From Planctomycetota bacterium (GTDB lineage Bacteria; Planctomycetota; GCA-002687715; DRQF01), in the NCBI GenBank assembly GCA_036479435.1, contig JAZGFI010000277.1, positions 1 to 64,000 on the forward strand: DNA of 64,000 bases, written 5' to 3'. The position numbers were made by a program, and so were the translations under genes. Below the pieces are notes generated by a model. It was not told the origin of the DNA and did no database searches. It saw nothing but the letters and a program-made list of their open reading frames with translations. Each line of letters begins with the position of its first letter. Positions within the stretch are counted from its first letter, which is position 1. Below, piece by piece: positions 9,376 through 19,572 of this stretch.

Positions 9376-10770
9376 TCAGAGTTTGGCCGCGAAAAGTAAT
9401 GATAGGCCATCGGGGCGGCGGACTCGAAACCAAGATGTTGCGGATTGCGCCTTGGATTGGGAAGGCAAAGAGGGTTCGAAGGGGTCGAGGTAGACCGCCT
9501 TTTCTGCGGCCGGACGTTTGAGGACGCGGTCGACGGCCCATTTGCCCTTGACGGCCTTCAGCAACGCTAGCTCACCTTCGAATGGAGCGAGCAGCGACAG
9601 GCCACCCGGCTTGCAGATGAGGCGAAGGGGATCGCGGAAGTGAATGGAGCGGCGCGTGCGCGTGATGACCAATTCGACGCCGAGGCGGCCGCGATGCTTC
9701 AGGATGGTGGACTCCGCGAACTCTCCGTTTTCTCGTTGTAGTCGTACGTCGAGGCGAAAGGGAATGCTCTGTCTTTTGAGGACCGCAACTTGTTCGAGGA
9801 GATTCAGCTTGGGGACACTGGCCACGACGAGGTCTAGGCGGCCGTCGCCGTTGGCATCCGCCAACCAGCGCCACAAAGCCCAGCCTCCGACGCGGATGAC
9901 TTGGTCGGGCTGGATGCGATCGGCGGCAGGTCTTCCCTTCCCTCGCGACACGAACAGGGTTCCTGAGCCAGGGTCGGTGAGGATGATGTCAGTGCTGCCG
10001 TCGCCGTCAAAATCCGCCAGCAAGGGCGGCACGGGCATATCGAAGTCGATCAGGCGATGGTCTTCGGAGGTGGGAGATGCCGACCACTTCGAAGTAAGGT
10101 CTCCTGCGATCCAGGATTGCCAGTTGGACTTAGAGCGAAACAAAAGCTGCATCTTTTTCGCTGCGGTGAAGGCGAGTCGAAAGTATGGCGGAACGATGCG
10201 AACGCGCATCCGGTAGCCAAGTCCCCAACCCAATTTCTGTTCAGCTTCGGAGGGAGCCGAAATGACTTTGGGTTTCGTCAGAATGTCGAGTTTGGCGTCG
10301 AGCCGAAACACCGTCAGTTCTTGGAGGCCAGGTCGGACGAACCATAGTTGACCCTGAGGGTCGAGTTGCATCAGCTTCTGCCGCCGCGGTGCAAGATCAA
10401 CCCGGCCCCGAAAGAGATTGCCACCGTCAGTGATGCGTTTCCAGGGCGCTGGCTTCTTGTCGCCAAAGTTGATGGTCGCGCCGAAAACACCGCCCTCGCC
10501 CAAGGCCAGAACCAATCGACCCTGCGGCGTGATGACCACATCGTAGATCGTGGTGTCCGCGGGAAGCGTCAATTGGCCGAGGGCCTTGGCCTTCCGCTTT
10601 TCGAGTCGCATCCACTGCAACTGAAAACCCGACTGGTAACAAAGCGTCCCGTCGTCTTCGGGTGCCGCAAACGCAAGGTTGTTGCCGCGAGCCAATTCCC
10701 AAAGGTCTTGGGCCGGCAATGCTGATAAAAGCGAGACGGTAGCCACCAACAATCGGACGAAAAACATCAT
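9376..10770 (-). CDS. Secreted FG-GAP/VCBS-repeat protein
   Basis: Signal peptide from the ATG at 10770 (ATGA overlap with the sulfatase stop); Ca-binding-type motifs ADFDGDGSTD and ADANGDGRLD. Confidence 0.8.
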   Translation of the reverse strand: MMFFVRLLVATVSLLSALPAQDLWELARGNNLAFAAPEDDGTLCYQSGFQLQWMRLEKRKAKALGQLTLPADTTIYDVVITPQGRLVLALGEGGVFGATINFGDKKPAPWKRITDGGNLFRGRVDLAPRRQKLMQLDPQGQLWFVRPGLQELTVFRLDAKLDILTKPKVISAPSEAEQKLGWGLGYRMRVRIVPPYFRLAFTAAKKMQLLFRSKSNWQSWIAGDLTSKWSASPTSEDHRLIDFDMPVPPLLADFDGDGSTDIILTDPGSGTLFVSRGKGRPAADRIQPDQVIRVGGWALWRWLADANGDGRLDLVVASVPKLNLLEQVAVLKRQSIPFRLDVRLQRENGEFAESTILKHRGRLGVELVITRTRRSIHFRDPLRLICKPGGLSLLAPFEGELALLKAVKGKWAVDRVLKRPAAEKAVYLDPFEPSLPSQSKAQSATSWFRVRRPDGLSLLFAAKL

Positions 10771-13004
10771 TGCGGCCAATCGTTCTCCTTCGGCCAGGGC
10801 ACGTCGCGGCCAGTGTTCTTCCATTCCATCAGCGCCACCTTCATCTCTTCGAAGGGCGTCCAAGCCAATTCCAGCCCGGACATGTCGAAGGCCTGATTAG
10901 GATCGCTTTTCATGTCGTAAAAGCGCCAGATCGGGCCACGCTTGCCTTTGATGTGAATGAGCTTCCAACGATTGGTCCGCATCATGCGGTCCTTCGCCTC
11001 GATAACATCGTCGTGATACTTGGGCTTAAGGACAAACTGATTGCGGAAGTTCTTGTCGATGTAGAGCGTTCGATCGGCGGGCTTCAGCTTGAAGACGTCT
11101 TCGCCCGGGACATGCTTGGGATAAAAGAGGTAGCAGGTCTCAGAAAACGCGGCGCGGCCCAGATCGTCGGATCGACCCGTCATCAACTCCACTAAACTCG
11201 CGCCGTCGACCTTCGGCACTGCCAGTTCAGCCAAGGCTTGGTTGTCCTCGACGCGAGTCTCAGATTCTTCGCGCTCTGACGCCTTCACCAAATCCAAGAT
11301 CGTCGGCAGAAAGTCGATGTTGCGCGTGATGCCTTGCACGGAGCGACCGCCAAGTTGACCGGCCGGCAATCGAACGATAAAGGGGATTCGGGTCGACTGA
11401 TCGCCGCCGAAGAAGTTAGTGCCATGGCCCAAGGTCGTGCCCGGTTCGTAGAGATCTTCGCCGTGATCTGACATCACGACGACAATAGTGTTTTGGTCCA
11501 AGCCAGTGCGTTTGAGATGTCTTAGGACTCGGCCCACTTGGTCGTCAAACTGACTGACCCCACCATCGTAAAGCGCAATGATGTGGTCTTTCTCTTTCTG
11601 GGGAACGATCTGGTCGAAGCCGTGCTGGATGAAGTCGTCGACGTCGAAGGCGACCTGAAAACGGTTCGGGCCGCGATAGTCGGGTGACACGAACTTCTGA
11701 TTCCAAGGATGCGAGACTTTGAAAGGCAAATGGGTTGATGCCAAAAACAAGACGCCAAAAAAGGGCTTGCCCTTTGAGGACGACTCATCGAGCCGATCCA
11801 AAAACTTTGTCGTCAAGTGGCCCGGATGCAAATAGCCCGTGGCCTGCGCCATCAAGGGGATGATGTATTCGCCAAACTGGTTGCTGAAAAAATGGGGCAC
11901 CAAGGGGTGCGTTCTAAACGCCACTTCGGCCAAGAACACATCGAGGTTTTGGACGTCGGAAGTCTCGGTGTGGTCGAAACCAAAATCAGCGAGCTTGAAG
12001 CAGTTGGCCGCCCAGTCCCCCACCACGGTCGAGCTGTAGCCCCGTTCGCGAAGAAGGCGCGGGAGCGTGGATTTGCTGTTCTCAACTTGTGCCACCTGTT
12101 CCTTCGAAGCGAACATGTAGCGCAAGTGGTGATTGGCGGGATGAAGCCCGGTCATGAACGAAGTCCATGACTCCAAGGTGCTGGCCGTGCCGACATGCAT
12201 TTGATGAAAGTCGATAGCCTCACGCGCCATCGCATCGATGTTCGGTGAGGTGTCACGCGCGTAGCCGTGACAACCGAGGTGGTCGTAGCGCAGCGAGTCG
12301 CATCCCAAGACGATGATGTTCGGGCGTGGCACGGGAAGGTGCTGAACTTCGACGCGCGACCACATGTAGAGCAGGATTGCGCCGCCGACCACAGAACCCA
12401 GGAGCAAGCCGACAAGAGTTCGGGCCCAAAACTTCGCGTTAACCACGAAACGCATCAACGCGCCAAGGGCATCGATGATCAGCAGCAAGAACAAACCCGC
12501 CGAAATGACGGTGAAGGCCTCTTGGATGTGCCAAGTCTTGAACAAGTAGACGTTGATCATCGGCGAGACATCCCGCGCTGCGATAACCGCGAGATTGTCG
12601 AGCGACCCCGGCCCAAGGTAGGTCATCGGACCAAAACTAAGGATGAAAATGCCTAGATTCCACAGAAAGGCCGAAGCTATCAAACGCAGAAAGCGAGGTC
12701 GCCAAGCAGGGCTCTTGCGAGCTCGGATGCGCTGAAATCGCCGCCGCGCTAGCGGCCACGACAAACTCGCCGTCGTCAACCAGATCAAAGCGTAGGCCGG
12801 CAACAAGACCAGTTGCACCTTGATGACCGTACTCATGTGGTCTTCGCGTGCCGACTTAGCGAAGGCGTTGTCGAGGCTCGCCGCGACAAAAGCGAAGAGC
12901 CCAAAGCCAAGGGCAAAGATCGCCAGCGAGATAAGAAGATGGCAGCTGAACCAGCGCCTCAACGACAGCAGGGCTTTCGGATTTGGATCGGCTTGACCCG
13001 TCAT
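10767..13004 (-). CDS. Membrane-anchored sulfatase/alkaline-phosphatase-superfamily enzyme
   Basis: About five N-terminal TM segments; PNIIVLGCDSLRYD, TPNID-like motif, THLPF, YDG, SDHGE. Nucleophile motif is STLESW, not C/SxPxR. Confidence 0.85.
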   Translation of the reverse strand: MTGQADPNPKALLSLRRWFSCHLLISLAIFALGFGLFAFVAASLDNAFAKSAREDHMSTVIKVQLVLLPAYALIWLTTASLSWPLARRRFQRIRARKSPAWRPRFLRLIASAFLWNLGIFILSFGPMTYLGPGSLDNLAVIAARDVSPMINVYLFKTWHIQEAFTVISAGLFLLLIIDALGALMRFVVNAKFWARTLVGLLLGSVVGGAILLYMWSRVEVQHLPVPRPNIIVLGCDSLRYDHLGCHGYARDTSPNIDAMAREAIDFHQMHVGTASTLESWTSFMTGLHPANHHLRYMFASKEQVAQVENSKSTLPRLLRERGYSSTVVGDWAANCFKLADFGFDHTETSDVQNLDVFLAEVAFRTHPLVPHFFSNQFGEYIIPLMAQATGYLHPGHLTTKFLDRLDESSSKGKPFFGVLFLASTHLPFKVSHPWNQKFVSPDYRGPNRFQVAFDVDDFIQHGFDQIVPQKEKDHIIALYDGGVSQFDDQVGRVLRHLKRTGLDQNTIVVVMSDHGEDLYEPGTTLGHGTNFFGGDQSTRIPFIVRLPAGQLGGRSVQGITRNIDFLPTILDLVKASEREESETRVEDNQALAELAVPKVDGASLVELMTGRSDDLGRAAFSETCYLFYPKHVPGEDVFKLKPADRTLYIDKNFRNQFVLKPKYHDDVIEAKDRMMRTNRWKLIHIKGKRGPIWRFYDMKSDPNQAFDMSGLELAWTPFEEMKVALMEWKNTGRDVPWPKENDWPQ

Positions 13005-13114
13005 GCTCGGATTCCTGCTCTCGGTCGAGGGGGCTGAGAAACAGGATAGTACGCGCGATGAGACGGGCCGGCAACGCGCACAGATTGGGGCCCCGCCCCA
13101 AGGCGACCTAAGCG

Positions 13115-14512
13115 TTACTGAGTCGCCAACAGCTCCCGCCAACGGGCAAGAGAAGCCGCCTGCTGATCTCCGGCCACGAGCGGGTCATAGCCCATGAGAT
13201 CGCCTCGCCATTCTTCGAGTTGTTCCGCGAGATCTGAGCGCTCTTCCAAGGCACCCTTGAGCAAACCCTCCAAGATCCGTTCGGAGGCGGGGCCTTTGGC
13301 CTTAGACGCCAGGCCCAGCCCTAGACGAAAGCTGGCTACGGCCGCGGTGTTTCGCAATCTGGGGGCAGCTTTGAGGTCGCTGACAAAAGCGAGCAGGATC
13401 GTGCCGACGGTTCTCTCGCCCGATTTCATCGGCCCCCCGACCTGACCGCAGGCGCGAGCCGCGGCGATCACCACGCCTTCGTCCGCATCGCTAAGAGCTG
13501 CCGTCAAGGCTGCCCTTGAGTCTTGATCCTTCAAGCGGCCCAGAGCCTTCGCCGCGCGCGCTCGAACGGAGGCGTCTTGGTCGGATTGCAGCCGCTCGCG
13601 AAGAAGGCCGCGGGCCGATGAACTCGTGATACGCTCCAAAGCCTGCACACCATAAGCGCGAAGCTGCTGATTGCCGCTGGGCGCATCACCACTGAGGCGA
13701 TCTTTGAGATGAGCCACCGCCAGGTCACCGAGCTGCCCGAGGCTTCGCCGTGACTGCTCCATGAACAAAAACTGATGTTGACCCAACACATCGACCAAAA
13801 AGGCAACGCGGCGATCGAGTCCTTTGTCTTGGCCCTTCGTTGGCAACTTGCCTTTTCCTAACAAATGCTCGGCGGCGTAGTCGCCCCACTTCTTCGCCGC
13901 GATCTGTTTGTTGGTCCATCCACCGTCGGTACTGAAGCCAAACTCTTGCGAGGTCAAACGGCGCAATTGCGCGGCGGAGGCTTCATTCTCAAGAGCTTTC
14001 CCCTCAAGTCCCTTCAACAACACCGGGATCCCCTGGTCACCACCTAAAGTCCACAGCGCGGCGGCAGCGTGAACCCGCACCACGGGATGACGATCATGAA
14101 TCGCGGACAAAAGATCGGGAATCGCTTCCACAACCTTCAGTCGTTCGATGGTCATCATGGCCGTCCAACGCAGTTCAGCGCGCTCGTCCGGACCGCCGTA
14201 GGGGCTCTCCTCGACATGGTATCCCAGAGCACTTTTATCGGGTACTGCGATAAAAGCCTGCTGAGACTTGTCCTTCATCACCCGCAACAAGCCTTCGACC
14301 TGGGCCGCCGACAGCGGTAATCGAAGGGCCTGCAAGTCCAAGAGACGCCGTTCCAAGGGCCGTGATTCGTCGATGAGCGCAAGCTCGACAAGGTCGAGGT
14401 CGGGTTCCGATAGAGAATCCTCTTGGGGTCCGCAAGCGAAACCCAAAATCAAGCTCAGAGCCAAGGATAAGCACAGCCGGCAGCGTCGCGGCCAAGATCT
14501 CGCACTAACCAT
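13115..14512 (-). CDS. HEAT-repeat lipoprotein
   Basis: LGFAC lipobox; repeats VRVHAAAAL, VRARAAKALGRL, VVIAAARACG; overlaps the cytochrome stop codon. Confidence 0.8.
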   Translation of the reverse strand: MVSARSWPRRCRLCLSLALSLILGFACGPQEDSLSEPDLDLVELALIDESRPLERRLLDLQALRLPLSAAQVEGLLRVMKDKSQQAFIAVPDKSALGYHVEESPYGGPDERAELRWTAMMTIERLKVVEAIPDLLSAIHDRHPVVRVHAAAALWTLGGDQGIPVLLKGLEGKALENEASAAQLRRLTSQEFGFSTDGGWTNKQIAAKKWGDYAAEHLLGKGKLPTKGQDKGLDRRVAFLVDVLGQHQFLFMEQSRRSLGQLGDLAVAHLKDRLSGDAPSGNQQLRAYGVQALERITSSSARGLLRERLQSDQDASVRARAAKALGRLKDQDSRAALTAALSDADEGVVIAAARACGQVGGPMKSGERTVGTILLAFVSDLKAAPRLRNTAAVASFRLGLGLASKAKGPASERILEGLLKGALEERSDLAEQLEEWRGDLMGYDPLVAGDQQAASLARWRELLATQ

Positions 14513-15785
14513 CGAGATACACCTTTGTCTCCGACACCAACACGGCATCGTCATCAAGCAAATGAGGGTTTAACTTGTAGAGCAATTTGAGTTCCACTCG
14601 ACCCGGACCTGAGAAAGGCAGTTCGAACCAGATGAATCGAGACTCACCGCTGAGCAACTGCGTTGAATCTGGGTAGTAAACTTTGCGCCGTGGCCGATGC
14701 TCGGGCGCCAAGCGTAGCTGCGACAAAGTCAGCGGGTGACCATCCCAGGTCAGGCTGTTGCTAAGCACTTCAGCGGCGCGGCCCTCGAAGGGGTTTTTTT
14801 GAAACTCGTGGCGATAGGGGTTCCGAAATCGAGTGAGCCGAAGGCGCTCGCCACCGGGTTGCTCTTCCGGAAAAAAGCGCACCACGACGTCTCCGGCGCG
14901 GTGGCGTTCGTCATCCGGAAAATTGTGGCCGGTGCCCGAGTTTTCAACCTGCAAGATTAAGATGCGCGCCGCAGCGCCAGCTTTTTGGTCAGATCCCTTG
15001 CCGCGCCAAGTGCGGGTTGAGAATCGCGCTATCGCTGCGCCGACGGTCTCGCCGGGTTCGAGAAGAGTCGCCCGCAGGATCGCGGCCGTTCTCAAGATAG
15101 AAGGATCGTGACCGCCGCCGAAAACGTGGCTGCGGTGCGTGCTGCGTTCGCTGCCGACGGTAGGGGGGCCCGGCATGACGGGCATGTGGCAGTCGTTACA
15201 GTCTTGGTAAGCCTCGCCCTTCACCGCGAAGCGACTCTGCAACCAGTTCTGGTGTACTTTGTGCTGATCGTGACAGGGCGCACAGAGCGTCATCTCGGCC
15301 AGCGGCTTCCAGGTCACCGGCTGGCAGGGAGCCTCACTCGCGGCGGACGTAAGCGCGTTCGGAGTGAGGATCGCGTTGCGGTAGCCATGGCAAGTAAAAC
15401 AGTTGACCCCGTCATCGCGCCTCGATTCGCGCTCGAGAGCACGGGCTCCGAAGCCCACGTCGAGCATGGGACGCGGTGCGTGGCAGGGGATGCAGTCTTT
15501 GTTTTTGAAGTTGTCGGAGAGGCCTTTGCGACGAGGCTCGGGGTTCAGCCAAGCGAACTCGTGGTGGGAGCTTTTCCACTCGGCGTAGATCGCGGGGTGA
15601 CAAGCCGCGCATTGGTCGGAGGTTGTCAAGAGCTTCGTATCAAAACCACCATCAGGGGGAGGTCCAAAGCCCTTGACAGCTAAAGAGGTCGGTGCTTCCT
15701 TGGGTGCCGTAACCAGGTAGTAGCCCACGCCGAGGGCCAAGCCCAAAAGCACCACACCCATCAAGATTCGCAGCGGAGCGCTCAT
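14505..15785 (-). CDS. Membrane-anchored pentaheme c-type cytochrome (c554-like) with C-terminal beta domain
   Basis: Five CxxCH motifs: CAACH, CIPCH, CFTCH, CAPCH, CNDCH; N-terminal TM; V.N.GTGHNFP motif. Confidence 0.9.
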   Translation of the reverse strand: MSAPLRILMGVVLLGLALGVGYYLVTAPKEAPTSLAVKGFGPPPDGGFDTKLLTTSDQCAACHPAIYAEWKSSHHEFAWLNPEPRRKGLSDNFKNKDCIPCHAPRPMLDVGFGARALERESRRDDGVNCFTCHGYRNAILTPNALTSAASEAPCQPVTWKPLAEMTLCAPCHDQHKVHQNWLQSRFAVKGEAYQDCNDCHMPVMPGPPTVGSERSTHRSHVFGGGHDPSILRTAAILRATLLEPGETVGAAIARFSTRTWRGKGSDQKAGAAARILILQVENSGTGHNFPDDERHRAGDVVVRFFPEEQPGGERLRLTRFRNPYRHEFQKNPFEGRAAEVLSNSLTWDGHPLTLSQLRLAPEHRPRRKVYYPDSTQLLSGESRFIWFELPFSGPGRVELKLLYKLNPHLLDDDAVLVSETKVYLDG

Positions 15786-16828
15786 GAACCTTCTCCCTCA
15801 TCTGCCACAGCCCAAGGTAGACCAACAACTCTCAAGGCCAAGGTCGCGCCCACTTGGCGAGCTTGCCGGTCTTTAGCTCTAAGGACCTGACCGTCGATCT
15901 CGACCTCGCTGAGGTAGTAGTCTCCTCGGAAAATCGATCGACGCACGGCTGCACTGACTCCACCGTCGAAAGACTCGGCCTGAACTTCCAACATCCCCTC
16001 GCGCAAGACGAGCTGGACAGTACGACCGTCTGCAACCTTGTTCTCAGCTGCAGGTGCAAAACGTCCCAAGGCCGAAACGAGTTTGCCATTCTCGACTTGG
16101 GCTGGCATCAAGGCTCCAGCGCCGACAAATTCGGCCACAAAACCCGAAGCGGGGCGCTCAAAGATCTCTTCGGGCGTTCCAATCTGTTCGATGCGTCCCG
16201 CGCGCATCACGCCGATCCGGTCCGCAAGCTCAAAGGCCTCTTCTTGTTGATGCGTGACGTAGACCACGGTCATGCCGCGCTCGCGCACGAGCTCAAGTAG
16301 AAAGTCTCTCAGCTCTCTAGCCACCGTCGGGTCCAGCGACGACATGGGCTCGTCCATCAAGATCAGATCTGGCGAGGTCGCCAAGGCTCGTGCCAAAGCC
16401 AGCCGTTGGCGCTCTCCGCCCGAAAGCTGATCGGGCTTTCGGTTCGCCAAGTGTCCGATGTGGCAACGCCCGAGAGTCTCTTGGGCTTCCGGGTGGTTCT
16501 TTTTGCTGCCACCGAGGGCAAAGGCGAGGTGGGCAATGGCGCTGAGGTGCGGCCAAAGAGCCAAGTCTTGGAACACAAAGCCGAGTTTACGTTGAACGGC
16601 CTCGACGAAAGTCGACTCGCTCGTGACCAGCTCTGCTCCCAGCTTGATGCTGCCGGATTGGGGACGCTCAAGACCGGCGATGGATCGCAACAGAGTCGTC
16701 TTGCCGCAGCCCGAGGGGCCCAGCAAGACAAAGAACTCTCCGGGCTCTACCACGAGGTCAACGCCCAAAAGCGCCTTCGTCTTACCGAAGTCTAAAGCGA
16801 GCCTTTTGATTTCGACGCGACGACTCAA
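15782..16828 (-). CDS. ABC transporter ATP-binding subunit (FbpC/PotA class, TOBE C-terminus)
   Basis: GPSGCGKT, LSGGERQR, LMDEP and YVTH motifs; TTG start overlaps the permease stop. Confidence 0.92.
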   Translation of the reverse strand: MSRRVEIKRLALDFGKTKALLGVDLVVEPGEFFVLLGPSGCGKTTLLRSIAGLERPQSGSIKLGAELVTSESTFVEAVQRKLGFVFQDLALWPHLSAIAHLAFALGGSKKNHPEAQETLGRCHIGHLANRKPDQLSGGERQRLALARALATSPDLILMDEPMSSLDPTVARELRDFLLELVRERGMTVVYVTHQQEEAFELADRIGVMRAGRIEQIGTPEEIFERPASGFVAEFVGAGALMPAQVENGKLVSALGRFAPAAENKVADGRTVQLVLREGMLEVQAESFDGGVSAAVRRSIFRGDYYLSEVEIDGQVLRAKDRQARQVGATLALRVVGLPWAVADEGEGS

Positions 16829-18438
16829 AGCAGTTCGACCTTTCTGCCCGAAAAGAGCGCAAACAAACTGAGCGGCAACAGAGCGAGGAGACCGATCAGA
16901 ACGCACAGGGCGGCCACCTCTTCATCCCGCGAAAAGTGAACCATGTTAAAGACTCGCGACTGTGCGGTTTGCCATTGGTCCGGGTTCACCATGAGACCCG
17001 CCACCAGTTCTCCGAGGGTGAGCACGAATCCTAAGAGCGCTGCCGCAATCAAGGCGGGACGAAGCATCGGCAACAAGATGCGAAAAAAGATCGCGGTACC
17101 GCTACGACCAGAGATCTCTGCGGCTTCGGTTGCTGACGCCGGAATGCGGGCCAAGGCGGTGCGTATACAACGCACCGCAAAGGGTAAAAACAGAGTGAGG
17201 TAGGCCAAGATTGGCAAACCAAGTCCGCGGTAGACAAAAGTGTCAATGAACGAGATGGACTCAAATCGGCCCCAAAACAGATTCATCGCCACGCCGACGA
17301 CGGCAGCGGGAAGGGCGAAAGCAGTCAAGGCTAGCGCTTCGATGGCGAATCCACGGCGCGGGCCAAGGCGCCGGCACAATAAAGCGATGGGCAGTGCTGC
17401 CGCGACCAGAACGAAGGCGGAAATTGTCGAGAGGATGAGTGAGGCCCGAAGGTCGGTGATGGTGTTTTGAAAGATGAAGCGGTAAGTCGCCAGGCCTCCG
17501 GCCTTCGCCACGAGCGAAAAGAAAGGCCAACCTGCGGTCACGGCGATCAGGCCCCAAACGTAGATCGCGGCTCCGATTGATTTGGGTCGCAGCGCATCGG
17601 CAAGGGGCCGCGCGTGCGCGGTGCCGCGAAAAATCTCGCGCCCGCTTGACCAGGCAACCCAATAGAGCGCGGCCAAAGTCGTTAGGACTAAGGGAAGTGC
17701 TACGACGGCAGCACTGACGTTGTCGACTTGACTGGCGACGAAAAACACCTCGACCATGATCACCGGCGTGTCGAGCAGCTGCGGGATCGCGTAGCAGGTC
17801 GCGGCGAAAATGAAGACAAAGAAGCCACCAGCCAAAACGTGACGGCCGATCTCGGGCCATACGATTTTCCAAAAAGTCCGCCACGGTCCGGCCACCAGGC
17901 GAGCTGCTTCTTCGCGTCGCACGTCGGTTTGGGCAAAACCGCTTGAGATCAAAAGTGCCGCGAGGGGCCAAAAGGAACAAAAGGAGATCCAGGTCGTACC
18001 CGGAAAAAAGGTCTCGGTGCCCGCAATCTCCAAAAAGCCCTGACGGATCGCAAAGTTCCAGTCATGCTGCTCGAGCCACTGGCTCAGATATCCCTGCCGC
18101 CCCAAGATCCGCATCCAGGAAATCGCGTGAATGTGGGGCGGAATCAACAAAGGGGCGATGTAAAAGATGCGCGCCGCTGAACGTCCCAAAAAGCGGCGGC
18201 GGTGAAAGAAGTAGACCAAGGGCAAGGCGACCGCAACCGACAACAAGGCCGTGCCCGCGGCGAGTACGATGGTGTTGACGAGCCGGTCCAACAAGACGCC
18301 GTTGATACGATCCCAGCGCTTCGCGACATCGCCGCTAAGAGCGGCGGGAATGAGGCCGAGCAAAGGCGTCAAACTCAACGCGAACACGATGCTCGCTAAG
18401 ACGCCCACAACTCCAAGCTTTGTTCCCGCCCGCTTCAA
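16825..18438 (-). CDS. Fe(III)-type ABC permease (FbpB-like, duplicated BPD_transp_1)
   Basis: Two EAA loops (EEAARLVAG, TEAAEISG); about 12 TM segments. Confidence 0.9.
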   Translation of the reverse strand: MKRAGTKLGVVGVLASIVFALSLTPLLGLIPAALSGDVAKRWDRINGVLLDRLVNTIVLAAGTALLSVAVALPLVYFFHRRRFLGRSAARIFYIAPLLIPPHIHAISWMRILGRQGYLSQWLEQHDWNFAIRQGFLEIAGTETFFPGTTWISFCSFWPLAALLISSGFAQTDVRREEAARLVAGPWRTFWKIVWPEIGRHVLAGGFFVFIFAATCYAIPQLLDTPVIMVEVFFVASQVDNVSAAVVALPLVLTTLAALYWVAWSSGREIFRGTAHARPLADALRPKSIGAAIYVWGLIAVTAGWPFFSLVAKAGGLATYRFIFQNTITDLRASLILSTISAFVLVAAALPIALLCRRLGPRRGFAIEALALTAFALPAAVVGVAMNLFWGRFESISFIDTFVYRGLGLPILAYLTLFLPFAVRCIRTALARIPASATEAAEISGRSGTAIFFRILLPMLRPALIAAALLGFVLTLGELVAGLMVNPDQWQTAQSRVFNMVHFSRDEEVAALCVLIGLLALLPLSLFALFSGRKVELL

Positions 18439-18441
18439 GGT

Positions 18442-19572
18442 TCAGCTGCGCTTTCTAATCAGGAACACCACGATCATCGCCGCGAAGGCGCCCAAGACTA
18501 GGTAGAGAAAAAGGCGGCCTTTGTCGCCCGACTCTTCAGATCCTTGGCCTTCGAATTCGGCTTGCAACCATTCGCCGTGGAGCGTGATCATCTTGGCAAC
18601 GTCGTTCCAGTCGACTTCCATCGCCTTGATGTCTTCTAAACGCAACACGCTGTCCGGAGCGCTGACACCGGGATGAAGCGGAATTTGGGCCGAGCGACCC
18701 GCCGCGAGTTTCTGCTCGACTTCGACCGAAAGGAGGTAGTCGACGAGTTTCTTGGCATTCGAGAGATTCTTGGCCCCCGCAATGATCGCGACCGAGTTCG
18801 GGATCACCAGGGTTCCCATTTCGCCATCGCCTTGGTCGGGGATGACCATGGCGGTGGGTTTGTTGTTGATGAGGGCGACGTTCGCATCGTCGGTGTCGGT
18901 CCAAGACCAGTGATACTCGCCCTCCCCCACGGCTTTCATGCTCATCGCATTGCCACGCGAGAAGTAGATCTGACGTTTGCGGATATCTCTGAAGAACTGT
19001 TTGGCTTTCTCTTCGCCCCAGACTGAAAACAAAGCGGCGGCATGGGTCAAGGTTGTGCCCGTGAGCGGCTTGGCCATGCTCATTTTGCCATCCCAACGCG
19101 CGTCGAGAAGATCGTGCAAGCCGCGAGGCAAGGGGTCGTCGCCCATAAGGTCTCGGTTATAAATCAAAACGCGAGCGCGAGCGGCGAAACCCGTCCAGTA
19201 GCCTTCTGGGTCTTTGAAGCCGGCGGGAATACTCGCAGCGTTGGGGGCTCGATAAGGCTGCAAGAGGCCCTCGTTCTTCAGCCGGATGGTTTGGGCGAGT
19301 TCGTTGTTCCAGTAGACATCGCAGCGCGGGTTAGACCGCTCCGAGATGATGCGGTTGACGAGCCCCACGGTCTTGGTGGCTTCGGTGTCGAAGGTCCACG
19401 CGACTTTGATGCCGGTTTGCTTCTCGAAGCTAAGGAGTACGGCTTCTGAAATGGGCCGATCCAAACTGCAGTAGCAGTTGACCGTTTTTTGAGCTGAAGC
19501 CGAAGGGTTACACAGGCCCCCGCAAAAAACGAGAATTAGGGCCGCGATCCAAGTAGGCAGTGGGGTGTCCAT
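18442..19572 (-). CDS. ABC solute-binding protein (FbpA/FutA fold) with C-terminal membrane anchor
   Basis: Signal peptide after a GGAGG RBS; FEKQTGIKV, ARARVLIYN and NAKKLVDYLLS motifs; C-terminal hydrophobic helix followed by RKRS. Confidence 0.88.
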   Translation of the reverse strand: MDTPLPTWIAALILVFCGGLCNPSASAQKTVNCYCSLDRPISEAVLLSFEKQTGIKVAWTFDTEATKTVGLVNRIISERSNPRCDVYWNNELAQTIRLKNEGLLQPYRAPNAASIPAGFKDPEGYWTGFAARARVLIYNRDLMGDDPLPRGLHDLLDARWDGKMSMAKPLTGTTLTHAAALFSVWGEEKAKQFFRDIRKRQIYFSRGNAMSMKAVGEGEYHWSWTDTDDANVALINNKPTAMVIPDQGDGEMGTLVIPNSVAIIAGAKNLSNAKKLVDYLLSVEVEQKLAAGRSAQIPLHPGVSAPDSVLRLEDIKAMEVDWNDVAKMITLHGEWLQAEFEGQGSEESGDKGRLFLYLVLGAFAAMIVVFLIRKRS

